DNA of 60,127 nt, filler included, from Platydemus manokwari (lineage: Eukaryota), in assembly GCA_037951405.1 (NCBI GenBank). It is 5 parts of 5 records of this genome, joined end to end, with 100 filler letters (N's around TTAATTAATTAA, not from the genome) between each part and the next. Parts side by side here need not be neighbours in the genome. Positions count along the whole stretch, not along the records: positions 21,332 to 30,883 come from JBBMOY011233654.1; positions 30,984 to 50,631 come from JBBMOY011811389.1; 3 more parts are not named here. One strand, given 5' to 3'. This document shows positions 25,140-38,100 of this stretch, piece by piece (position 1 is the first letter of the stretch; each line of letters begins with the position of its first letter). The translations under genes and the position numbers were made by a program. The notes beneath the pieces are model-generated. The model was not told where the DNA came from. It was given only the letters and a program-made list of their open reading frames with translations, and searched no databases.

Positions 25140-25931
25140 CTAATCTACGATTTGGTCTGTTGTATTGACTGAGTATGGCGAGAGAGTGTGATTTTGTTTT
25201 AAAATATTTACAGTTGAGAAGGTTTTCGTTAATGATAACTGATTTGGATTTGAATTGCGTTTCATGTGTAATTCTTTGACTGAAATAAAAAAAAACAATG
25301 ATCAACAATCAAAACCACCTACATAAAAAGTCCAGATCGACCTACCCATTGCATCGATATATCCCGACATCGAAAGAGTGACGCCAACCAATACGACACA
25401 CATTGTCAATAATATTACTGCAACAACCATCACTACTTTTGCAATCTTTTTTTCTTTGGGACTTTGAGTTTCTTGCATATCGAACATTGATGAGGAAACA
25501 TTGTTCTTGAAATACAATGATGAAATATCGATTACTTTTCCATGTGGTAAGGTAGCATAGCAAAGCCCGTTTTCATCAGCAATTGTCAGTGGCATGAGAT
25601 TCGTATAAGAATCATCATAGAGCAAATGCAATATTTCGTTCTCGTTTGATATACTGAAAGATGGTTTTGCAGACAAGCAACATGGTTTTAAATATATTGC
25701 CGACGACAATGAAGAAGTGAGAGGAGAATCAGTATCAATAAAACATAGTGATTGTGTTAGAGCAATGGGTTGATTGCCTAAATCTGAGAGTTTCCTGCTA
25801 TTCTGTGAGCTGTAATTGATTTGACAATGATTATTAAAAGATAATTGATCTTTCTGAAGTTCACGTTCATCGACAGAAAATCGTCGAAATTCAGTTTTGA
25901 TTTTAAGATCCTGAGCGTTAATCTCATCCAT
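25140..25931 (-). CDS. Uncharacterised single-pass membrane protein; exons 25931-25346 and 25279-25140 (start codon uncertain)
   Basis: Open frame of >200 codons in very AT-rich DNA; hydrophobic stretch IAKVVMVVAVILLTMCVVLVGVTLSM preceded by KEKK; 66-nt intron g|gtaggt...tttcag|tc continues in frame to VKELHMKRNSNPNQ...TDQIVD*. First in-frame ATG is 25931; the ORF-track start at 25979 is TTG. Confidence 0.75.
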
Positions 25932-28079
25932 AAACTGTCGAGAATGAGAATTCAGTATAATATTAATAGTGTATTTCAATCTACCAATCGTGTCAGTGAC
26001 TCCCAGAATAAAGTTGAGAAAAAACGCATTGGACAGGAATATTTATTGCAAACTCCCTTTGTAGAGGTAGAACATCATTTACTGTGCGAGGCCGCATACA
26101 AACTAACATGGTAAAATCCTGCCCTATAAATTACTTGGAACATGAAGAAGATAGCTAAATGAGAGAGAAAATTGAAAAGCAAATCTAAATGATGATACTT
26201 TATTTTAATTCTTTACCAGCATCAGCTCATATGCATTATTTGAATTCATATTTATTGCCTTACATGAACTACTGACTAAAGATAGAAGAAATTTAAGATT
26301 TACAAAATATACAAATTAATAATATGGTGTCGAAAATAATATGTTGGCAGAAATATTATTTCGGTATAATCTTTGCTAATATTAAAGTATAAAAATTTCT
26401 TTTCCATTTTAATTTTTCCTAAATTAGAAATGTAGGTCAAATCATCAATTGCTGACATCTGAAAAACTGGTTTCATTTGTACTTTGTTGTAAAAAATATG
26501 AACTTAAAATGCCGTTTAATTATTTATATTTTAAAATTTTTTATTTGTTTTTGAATTTATAATCCATTTAAAGCTTATCAACAAATTTCCAATCTTGTGT
26601 TGTATGTATTACGAAGATTAGAAACTAGAAATTTGAAAACGTTGGGAATATTTATAAACAACATCCTTCATAAACAATAATGATTAATTAAATTAACAAT
26701 TGTATTAATAATATTGTGTTTGTATTGACATCGTCTTATGGGAAACATTAGATAATTAGATTAATAATGAAATTAATAAATAATAAAATTAATGACTATT
26801 TTTGTTTCACAAATTAATTAATCAAACTGTCTCCTTATTCCCTGTTAACGACGATTCATATATCATTCTTATTCATTTGGGATAAATGTTATTTAAATAA
26901 TCATTTTATTATCCTATATAACTTTAGAAATAATTATAGTTGTAGTAGCTTGGTTTATAATTTTAAATTTTATATTATTCAGTTTTGTTTCGACTAACTA
27001 ATGATTATATTTGAGTATCAATAGTAGTTATTAGTTAGAATAATTAAATAAAATGGAAAATTAGATTTGTTTCAAGGTTCGTTAATTACTATTCCGTTAA
27101 CATAAAATTAGATTTATATGGATTAAATTATTAAGCAAATCCAAGTAGATAGAACCATTGTTCAAATTATTTTATAGAATTTCAAAATATTCTAGGAAAT
27201 TTGAACTCGCTTATACTATTTTTAAACTATTTTCAATAACAACTTTCATAAAATCTGCTGAAAATGTTGTGATAAATAACTGATATCAATTCTGTTATGA
27301 ATTATTAACTGCTATCAGATTGTAAGTAATGTTATTTAAATTTAGAATGACTCTACAAGTGAAAATCGAATCAGCTATTATTGCATTTAGATTATAAAGT
27401 TCTTTAAATAATTCCAAATACAAACTCATTCACACACACTATTTTCAAACAATTTTAAAACTAAGGACAGTTTCTCTCAGATAGTTTGTTTATGATATTA
27501 GAATACCGACATTCAATTACTAATGATTCTTGTATAATTTTAAGATTTGAACTCTGTAATTAAAATACGAATTTAATCTCCATGGATGCAAATTTGAAAA
27601 TACTTCTAAGCCACAATTATCAGTTTAAAAATTCAACATTAGAAAATGTTCGGAAATTTATTTAAAAGCTGTTGCATTAAATTTTATATTTTAATAAAAC
27701 AATTATTTATGTGAGTTTGATCATCATCTAGAGGATTCTTGAAAATTTTCACGTGCTTCTACTTTTCCGATCGGTCTCACCAACAGAGTACAGATTTGGA
27801 AATTAGGTATTTATTCTCAAACCTATTTTTGTAATCTGCAAGTTAATTTTGTTTCGCGAAGATCAGATTTCATTAATGTATTTGTAATGTTCGAAATTAT
27901 GAAAGGAAGTACTGTACTGTATGTTATGCGATTATGACATCAACATAATAGTATGTTTTCCACTCCAATTAAGAGTGGATAGATATTGTTTGTTTTCTAT
28001 TAAAACTACTGACGTGTTTTAAGGATGAAGGAGAGCTACGTTCAAAACAATCGCAGGATGATGTTTGAGAAAATTGTCG

Positions 28080-28520
28080 TTAATGGCACTATCGTTTTGT
28101 GTATGTTTTACCAATAGCATTGATTTCATTGGAAATCTTGAATCTTTCGATCTAAAACTATAAACGGCTTATGACTTTACAATAGATCTCAGTACAGATG
28201 CGAATTATTTGTACCTGAAAATTCTGGACTCTAAAGATAAATTTTGTCAGCAATTCTAAACAAGATTATTACTACTAAAAAGTGTCCTCAAGATGGAAGC
28301 AATTTAGAATATATCTTATCAAGAAATAAGGTAAAACAGATTTCAAACAAATCTGAAATTGTCATGTTCTAGCACTGCCAAACATCAAGTACAAAGTGAT
28401 TATAGTGACTTAAGCTGATCATTTGTTGTGATGGGTAACAATCAGTCAAATATTCAGCTCTGTGCAAAAGGTGGATGGGAAATTTGAGAATGGGCTTTGA
28501 TAGTCAAGAACGTGTGTTTT
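28080..28520 (+). mobile_element. Possible highly degraded reverse-transcriptase relic (Penelope- or LINE-like)
   Basis: Broken frames give SFDLKL and KKCPQDGS in the order expected for RT motifs SFDxxxL and GxPxGS; many stops. Confidence 0.3.
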
Positions 28521-29279
28521 TCTGAGTGTGGTATATGATTTTATAATATGTTAGCAATAAATAGCAGCAACAACATAGTAATATAGTTGATGTGTTTCGG
28601 GTTTGTTGGTTTTTGTTTTTATTCAGTCTCAAATTATTAATGTTAAATATTGAGGGTCAACGCTGTCTTGATCAGTCTCAGAAGAGTTATAATCAAGTCC
28701 AAGGTACAATCTATAAAACCTTATTGTTATTGTTTTCACCTCGCAATGAAAACTATATGATGATAGTGATGATTGGCAACAATGATCCAAAATGCTTATT
28801 GATATTATCAGTCTCACTATTTTACACTTATATTTTAATAATCCTCGATCAAAAACTAAACTTGCTACACTAAATGTTTATTAAGATATAACAAAAAATA
28901 CAGTTTAAAACTACAATATACAACTAATAAAAATTGGTACAAGACTACCTTACAATTTCAGATCATAAAAGGGTTAACACATCCAACTTTAGGAGTAAAA
29001 CCAGGTTACCTTTCTTCGGAGTGTTTTGTGAGCACAGCTCTATAGTCGGATAATATTCGATAAAATACTATAGTACAAATCAGTTGTTTATAGAACAATC
29101 GAACTTACTATACTTGATAATGGCAAATCGAATAATGGCAAATGGCATATACTGCTGATGAGCAATCTTCTAACAATGAGCTTAACGCACTATGCAATTT
29201 AGTGGTTTCGAAATGAGGGATTAACGCACTACGAGCTGTAGCTTCAAATAATTAATGGACAGGTTCTGTGGTTTTGAAC

Positions 29280-30010
29280 ATTATTTATATCAAATTTATT
29301 CTTCATGCTTTATTGATTTGTTTCGCTACAATATTATTTAATTTCCCCAGTATTTCCCTTTAATGTTTAATATTTAACTATAACCATATGATGTGTTACA
29401 AGATTTATTTAAATACAAATTTACTTGGTTTATCGGATTGATTGTGACCTGCTTGGGTCTGAAAGCTTTGATTCGTGAAGTCAATTTTGCTTTTTCTTTC
29501 ATTCATCTCGGCTTTTCATTGGGTAGGAATTGTTTGATTGTTTTTTGTGTTAGATAAAATCTATCAAAACGCCGGTCGAATGAAAATGCCAGATTTTTAC
29601 CAAATGTTCAATATTTGAAATTGCGCATTCTTTGACCAGATTTCGGATTTTATTCTTCGACAAGCCAATTTTCGCCAAAATTGCTTCTGTTGAGGTCGGA
29701 ACTGTACCGAGTGAGCCTATAATGCTCAATATTGAAATCTGGTTTCAATTTGGCTAGCTCATTCCTGAAATTGGTATAATGAATTATATTATTTTTGTTT
29801 GACTCCTCAAAGTTTTATATGGTGTCAATCGGACATTTCATGTCTACCAGAAAAATCTTTTTTTGCTCTAAATCAATAACCAATAAATCGATGCGCTCTT
29901 TTCTATCAGGTAACAGTGAGCACATTTGGTTTACAACTACAATAAAATTTTTATCGAAGACAGTTAACAATTTTGTTCATATATGCATCATGGCTTTTTG
30001 TTTGGTCTAA
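29280..30010 (-). mobile_element. 5'-truncated RLE-type non-LTR retrotransposon (NeSL/Utopia/R2-like) 3' end with restriction-like endonuclease and 3' UTR
   Basis: Minus translation: SHDAYMNKI..VVVNQMCSLLPDRKERIDLLVIDLEQKKIFLVDMKCPIDTI*NFEESNKNNIIHY..IIGSLGTVP..KIRNLVKECAISNIEHLVKIWHFHSTG, matching the RLE series RH(D/N), R(P)DL, DxKxP, KxxxY, GxLG. One stop and frameshifts. Confidence 0.78.
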
Positions 30011-30114
30011 AAATTGTAAAGACGATACAATTTTAAAATAAATTGAAAAACTGAAATGTATCAAAAGAGTCTTTTTTAAATTGTATCGAATTATAAACAA
30101 CGTTTCCAAAAATA

Positions 30115-30883
30115 CATTGTTACAGTTATGTCATAGGCCCATTCGGCATAATATTTATTTGAAAAACTACAATAATACGCCAATCAATTATTTAAACAAA
30201 CACCACGTGTTTCTTGATTTAATCACGTTACTCGCCTTCTCTTAAGGCACGCTCCACCTTTTCAGCCACTCTAATCATCTGGATTTTATCACATGAGGGA
30301 ATTGAATTTCCACTTGTCTGTCTGTCTTGAATTCTGTAATTCAATAGGGACCTTCATACTGGTATCCATTTTTCTTCCTCTTATGAGGATCTACGCGAAC
30401 TAGCACCTTCTCTCCCACCTGAAAAGCTCGATGTGTTCTTTTCCCCCTGTCTCGGTTAGACATTATGTCGGCTGCCACCTTAGAACTTTCTCTAGCTGTT
30501 GCTGCAATATCATCTCGAGTTTGATTCTATTGACTCACATCTGTATGAACATTGATCTTCCGCCCGTAGATTATCTCGAAAAACGAGAACTTCGTTGTTG
30601 ATTGATGTGTTGCGTTGATGCAGAACTCTATCCTTGGCAATAATTCAGCCTAATTTTTTTCATTGCTGTTACCCTTCAAAATAGCTGTTATCATATCTCG
30701 TACCGTCCGGATAACTCTTTCCGCTAGCCCGTTCGATTGATGCTGGTATGGTGAGCTGAATTCCTGTTTGATACCCAATTTTGAACACGCTTCTCTCATA
30801 AATTTTCCTCCAAATTGTTTCCCGTTATCAGATAGAATGCTCTTTGGCTTCCCAAAACGATAAATCCACGAGTTCAAAATGAC
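30115..30883 (-). mobile_element. Ty3/Gypsy integrase C-terminal half, PPT and start of 3' LTR; truncated by the gap
   Basis: RFGKPKSILSDNGKQF, SSPYQHQSNGLAERVIRT, N*AELLPRIEFCINATHQSTT, YEGPY; purine tract aagagaaggcgag after the ORF. A TAG stands where a Trp codon is expected. Confidence 0.93.
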
Positions 30884-30983
30884 NNNNNNNNNNNNNNNNN
30901 NNNNNNNNNNNNNNNNNNNNNNNNNNNTTAATTAATTAANNNNNNNNNNNNNNNNNNNNNNNNNNNNNNNNNNNNNNNNNNNN
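30884..30983. other. Assembly gap with TTAATTAATTAA linker
   Basis: Directly visible. Confidence 0.98.
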
Positions 30984-31259
30984 ATGAAATCGATATTAAA
31001 TTTATTTATTGCTTGACAACAGTGAAGTACTGTTTACTGGTTTATCATGCTCATTAAATATTGTTACAAATCAGATACCAAAAGTATTGATTTATGGATT
31101 TAAACACTAAATATCCATTCAGGCCGTTTTTATCATTTTAAGTTCGAAGTGTGACTAACTATCGATTATATTACATAAACAAATTATTACAATCTATTTT
31201 AATTTTTAACAATAACATTTATCTTAATAAATATATAACATATTTTAATATCCCTCCTA

Positions 31260-32135
31260 AAATACAGCTTCTTGTTCAATGAATCCAGTTCTAGAACTTC
31301 ATAAAGAGAAAGGCTGACCAATCCTGTTCTAGGGAGTGCCAAGAACACATCGTGGTGGACATTACTCAAATGCACACGGTGCATAGTAACAAGAATTATC
31401 TAGTAGGCATTATCGACAGATTCAGCAAGCTGGTGAGCCTCATTGCTACATTTAAGCAAGACGAAAAGACAATCTTCCAAGTAATCCTGAACTCGTGAAT
31501 TTATCTTTGTGGAAAGCCAAAGTGACGACGAAAAATAATTTGTAGACAAATTTATAAAGTAGGAGTGCTCAAAACTGGGAATTAAACAAGAATTCAGCTT
31601 ACCAATACCAGCAGAGAGAGTTGTTAGGGTGGTATGGTAACAGCTTTCTTAATGGATAAATGCCCCGAGAAAATTTGAGCTGAATTGTTTCCAAGGATAG
31701 AGTTTTGCATCCACCCAACACATCAATCAACAACAACATGCGAATATGAGTCATAGGAACCAGAATCGAGATATGATACCAGTATTATATATAACCGAGA
31801 CAGGGAGAGGAGAACGCATCGAATTTTTCAGTCGGGAGAAAAAATGATAGTTTCTGTAGATCTCCATGAAAGGAAGAAGAATAGATACCAGTACGAAAAC
31901 CCCTATCGAATTATTGAATTCAACTCAGACCGTCAAGAGAAGATCCAATTCCATCTTGATATTAAATCCATACGGTTAAAGTGGCTGAAAAGATGATGCA
32001 GGTCTTAAGAGGAGGCAAGTAACGTGGTAAAATAAAGAAAACATGCTCTTTTTGTTTAAATGAGTGATTCGCAGAAAAGTTCAGTTTTTTAGATAACTAT
32101 TATGATTGAATACCAATGACATAACTATTTCATTG
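31260..32135 (+). mobile_element. More degraded Ty3/Gypsy integrase-PPT-LTR fragment of the same family as 30115-30883, opposite orientation
   Basis: YLVGIIDRFSKLV; nucleotide blocks gaactcgtg.atttatc, aaacaagaattcagct, ccaaggatagagtt.tgcatc, ataccagta.gaa, cttaaga..aggc.agtaacgtg and atgacataact shared with the reverse complement of the other copy. Confidence 0.88.
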
Positions 32136-35100
32136 TGACCTTTCTGTGTCGATTATAATTAATCATTATTTTCACATATCTAATGGAATTTTATGAATTT
32201 CATCTTTTTTTGTTTATATTTTTTAAAGTTTTCTTAATTCAAATCTATTCGATTTAAGTAAAAATTTACTAAATTTACTAATTAACTATACAAGACATTT
32301 TAATTATTTAAAGCGTAGCCTAATGTGTCCTCTAGGAGCCATAATAACCCAAAGGCACACCTTTTGTTGAAAATGTAGAATTTTGCAAAAATTATTGTAA
32401 TGTTTTATATGTGTTTACACATCCATTCTATAAGCGATTTTGATTGAAAATATTTATTGATCTAACACGACTGATACGCAGAATTAGTAGAAATATAAAA
32501 TAAGCGAAAGACTTTTCGTTTATATCTGCTTCAGCTGGCCTCACCTTCCAATAAGCTAGAAGTTTGGGTGTGATGCACCTATTCGATGTCTTGATTTTTA
32601 GGATTCCAATTGAAGTTATCGATTAATGTCAACACTAGAATTGGTGCAATATATATGTGTGTGTGTAAGTTTCGTCGTGTATTTAAATGTTTTTTTATAT
32701 TGAAATATTCGGTCTCTGCTGATTCTGATTGGTAGCTGATATTTGACTGTACGACTGTGTTGATCTGTATGTAAAATATCGATACGAAGGATTCTTTCAT
32801 ACTTGACAATATTAATGATGTTACTAAAATGAAAATTTTGGTTATTTTATCCACAGCATAATAATGATTTATTACTATCTAATTCGTTTTAAAATCTAAA
32901 TAAGCGAATAGATATTCTTCAAAATCTATTCGGTCCTTTAATGTCTCTGTTCCAATACCATGGTGAAATCTTTAAAAAAATTGAAGTACAATACAAGATA
33001 TCCTTGAAGTGCATTTGATTTTCAGAATAAAATAATCCAAAATGTTCGCTGATAATGTTCCGAGGATTTGGGAAAGATGCAAAACATAATTTAATATTTA
33101 ATTTTAATAAATGCTATTTTATAATAAAAAAATTAAATGAGCACTTATCAAGAGGTTGAGAAAACAGCAAAGCATGAGATATCGTTAATTCTCAAATACA
33201 AGAGTTATTTGTGAATGGTATCCTACTTCTGACATGTAATTATCGAGGAATCTGATTATATTAATTAATGATTTTAAATATTTTCTCATTCAACCAATAA
33301 ACATTTTCTAAATTAAATTTTTAATTAAAAAATATAATTTTAATTATAATTGATTAAAATAGTTTTTTGAGGTTATTAATGATTTAAAATAATTAGAAAT
33401 TCCATAAATTGTTTTCTTAATTCTAAAATATGTAAAAAACCAACTTAAAAAGCCAATTAATACTTTAAAGATTAGACAATTTCTTCATTACTTCTTTAAT
33501 TTCTCGCAGAATAATCGATAAAAAAAATTACAAGTTTTTAAATTACAAATGTGACTTAAACTAATTGCAATGGAAATTATTTTTTTACTTAAATAATACA
33601 AATTTATTTAATTATAAATTTTAAAATATATCTTGGGCACAGAAAAACAAAAAGTCGTTTTGTTTAACGATTTATTCTTTTAAAAATTAATTAGGCCCCA
33701 TTATTAGAAAATTATTCACAATAATATTTAATTTAAGTTTTGAAGCTTAATTAGAAAGTTTTAAAACAGCAGTTGACAAAAAAATAATAAAAAATAACTC
33801 ATTCAACAACATAATCAACATTTTACGAATAATAAAGTCGCAATTTAATAGCTTAAGTGAAGCAAAGTGGTAAAAGTGAGTCAGAAACTCAGTTCAAATA
33901 AACAAAGCCTTGTAATTCACTATGAGATCTGTGAAATTTCATATGAAAGTAACAGCAATTGCATTTCAAGTGTCCTGAACAACTTATTAAAGAATTTTGT
34001 TCAAATACAATTTTATTTTTTAACTCGGGAACTTCCCACGGATTTCTCTTAACAGTCTTAGTGTCTTCAACGTTTACAATGCTCCCGATCATATCAATCA
34101 CATCCATTCTCAATCTATATCCCTTGGAAAAATTTTGTGAATTAAACCTAAATTTTGAGCTTATTGATTATTATTAGAAAATCACTCTTATCCCTTTGAC
34201 GTAATAATTTTATTTGGAGATGATTTTACAGTTACTATTTATTTCCATTTGTTAGAACAGAACCAATAAGAGTGATTCTATAAAAAACTGGTCAGTTCAA
34301 TGTGTTTAGGTTTTTATTTATCCATCTATTTTTAGATCTTAAAATAGTTGATGTTTGGAAAAGAATTTTTTCAATCTCAGTAAAAATAACCGGTGCTTGA
34401 ATATGTAGCACAATGAGTTCGTTTTGTTGAATAGTTATCTTCACAAAGCTGATGAAAATATCGATTCTATAAAGGATTTGATTTGAGATGACTCCTTTCT
34501 TATCTAACTATAGTTAATGTGCCGTTCAATCAACTTAATTAATATTTTTGCTTCCAGTTGTTACTGTTCTGGTGAAGAATGCCTAGAACCACCCTTTCAT
34601 AGAAGATGCCCATTATATATTAGCATAATACATGATGTTATCTGATATTTTTGTACCTCCTGAAATATTGAGTACCTGTTATTAATTTTTCCCTGAAGTA
34701 ATTCTTTAATTAGTTTATTCTTCTTTTCTAATCTCACGAATGCATCTCCCAATGATCGATTCATCGATTTGCAAAGAGAACTTCTTCATTTTCCGTGATT
34801 AAATTTCAAAGCACATATATATGCGATTAATCCACCTCTGAGATCTGAAGTTTGATAAATTTTTGTGATTATTATTTAAAAATTTTAAAATAGATAAACG
34901 ATTTGAACTTTATATTATTTTTGTGATTCGTGTTCCTATAAATTTTTAGTTTTGATGATCTCAAACTGTAACTATTGAACCTTTTTATATACCTCATGCA
35001 CATTTGAACCATATTATCTGATGGTCATTCAATAAAATCATGAATGAAGTATCCTAAGAACCCACGTCACACTTTTTCTTTGATTTATAAGTAAATTCCG

Positions 35101-38100
35101 TGATGAAATTTAAAATTTTATTAATCTATTTATAATTAGCCAGCTGAAATATGCACGTGTGCCATATCTGTATTTGTTATCAAACAAAATATTATAAAAT
35201 AACTTAAAATCAACTCTATTACCACAACGGATATAAATAATAATTTATTTATTGAATCGTAGTTGAAGTTCCAAAGGACAGAATAACAATGCGATTGAGA
35301 TGTTCCAAATAAGCGCCATGATTAAACCGACACTACAACTCTGTTTATTCAAATGCGCACTTTTAAAGGCTGTTTTCGTGGCTTCTTATACTTCAAAAAA
35401 TTTCCTATTTCTTCTTAGAACAGTCATGTGATTCCCAGAGGTTTATATGCTCAGGTCGAGACTATATTGATTCTATTGATTGTACTTTCAAGTTCCAACT
35501 CAATCTATTATACAATCGAACTCGGTTTATGTCATCACGTTCCTTCCAGTATTGATATTTACCAATTTACAGTGTTATTAATATAAACGACTTCAAATCA
35601 AAATCAAAATTATGTAAAATATGTTTTTATTATCAATCAAACTAATCAAATTTACGCTCATTTTTAAGTGATATTTGGAAATTTCATTGAAAAGAAATTT
35701 TAAAATATTTCAGTGATATTAAACGAATACTGGTGTTAAACGTGACGACACTAAACAAAATTAAATTAGTAAAAATCAGTAGCGAATTTTGAATGCATTT
35801 TTTATTAGAATGATTTTAATGAATCGATCGATTGATTTATTGATTCATAATTTTATGAAGTTAAAATATGTGAACATCTTTTTACCAGTATCCTATCTAA
35901 GAAGTAATAAAAATTTCTTCGAAACCGTATCTAATAATAATGATAATTAACAATTACATATAACATCATAATCTATCGATATCGTGGCGAACATATTATT
36001 AATTCGTATTATAGCTGGTACAGATTTTGTGTTTTTAATGGATAAAAATTATTTCCGGCTATCAATGGGTCAAATATCACTAATAGGGGAATGTAAATGC
36101 GACTTAAAAGTGATTTGAAAGCCAAATCCAATTTCAAAATCAATCGGTCTCATGGAAAGCAATTAATCAACATAGGAATCTCAATTATATTTTAATATAT
36201 TTGTTGGTCTTTTAATATGCTCCTAGTACTTCTTATGAAATCAATCAGGTTTCAATGCCAAAAAACTGAGATGATATTTTTCTAACGTATTCCGCTTAAT
36301 CAATGATTTCTGCTTCATCAGCCCATTATAAAACAAGAAGACAAAAACATCTGCATGTCAATTCAACAAGTATTATAAACCAGTAGCAACTTTTCAACTC
36401 ATATATATGATCTCAACATTGTTATAGATGATCATTTTCAGAAATACTCCTCTTCTCAATTAATATAAAATATCACAAATCACTTATTGATTGTCAGTCT
36501 GAAAAGGTAATATTACTTATTTCTAAGAGAGTTTTCATAATTTTTTTTAAATAAATAATTTTTTTTAATATTAGGTTTTCAAAAATAATACTTCATTTAC
36601 TTTATGCTCCAAATATTCATACTTAATATTCAAATATCATGATTTTCCAAATGATAATGTATTATCGTTGATGTTGCTATAAATAATATTTTTTAAAAAA
36701 TTAAATAAACTGTTATTAAATTTAGAACTGCTTCAGCATGACTGCTCTGTTTTACGGAATCTGACTCCTTCTCATATTGCTTCGCGCTGAGTAAAAACAA
36801 ACTCTTTTAATATAGCATGTATTTATGATACATGTCACAGATATAAAATCACTGGTGGGGCAAATTCTGTTAATAAATGTAAATAGTTAATAAACGAGGA
36901 CTTGATCCTGATAATTTTATTGAAAATAATACCGCAGTCTCCATCTGGTTGCTATAACGTTACTTCTGCACTAAAAAATAACACATTGAACAATAATAAT
37001 TCGCTCTACAACTCCGCTAGTTGCAAAGTGGTACGATTAAAACAAAAATTCAACTAACTTTGCTCTGGTATTCTGAGAGAATGAAGGTTTTAAATAACTA
37101 AATTCGATATTTATATCAATTATTATTGCAAATCCCTACAGTGTACCTCATGTCCTGTGTCCATATTGTACATGGACTTTATTGCGGTGTTTTAGAGTTG
37201 TTGGTATTTATAATTATAATGATTATTTTTCTATCGAAATTTTGTGAGCCTCGCTATTTATGACTTATATCAGCCTGCTGAGTTCTTTTTGACCACCATG
37301 TAGTAATTTAATCTCAGCTAATTAATCTTTCTTCTCCTTGATGTTCAACAACTTTTCTGGAGATAATTTAAACGGCGAATGATTTTAATATTACAAATCC
37401 TATTACTACTTTTGTCTCAACTGGTCTGTAAATACTTTTATCTGTCTCGATTGATTTATCAATACACTGAAATATCCCCAAAAGGTGATGAACGCCAATT
37501 ACGAATTTATAAATGAAATTGAGGACCTTCACTTATAATTGGATAATTGAACACGTTTCACTTATAAAATATTTATTTACGACATTAACAACGAGTAATA
37601 CAATTCTAATTCTACTTCTATACACTCAAGCTGGAAATTCGTGCAAAAATCCAATAAAGATTTTCCGGTCAACAAATCACTTTGTAGATTTTGTTGAAGT
37701 TTCTTTATCAAAGTATTGAGCAGAGCTCTGTGAATAGTGAAGAAAATAGGGATAAATAATTGAATATGGGATTTTTAAGAAAATAATTTTACGTGCACTT
37801 AACATAATAGGAGTTGCGAGAAAATTAAAAATTTGAACCATTGGAGAATAAAATCGGAGACTTGTATGACGCATTTTGAGGAAATTTCTAGAACAGTGTC
37901 TAGAAATATTAGATATAAAGGAAGATATTCTGAGATTTTTGTTGTAAATTGGACAGGAGATTTGATTAGAGTAAAACTAAATTCATTTATGAGAGTTCGA
38001 TATATTCGAAGTCAAATTCCCCGAGGAGATGCTCCGTTTACATTTTTAATCAGCTTTTACGCGATGATGACCAAGTGATTATTTATGGCATTCAAAAAAC

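Noticed and set aside
29115-29240. Short direct repeats (taatggcaaat x2, ttaacgcact x2) as a possible CRISPR-like array
   Set aside because: Only two copies each, no regular spacers, eukaryotic context; likely LTR-internal repeats.
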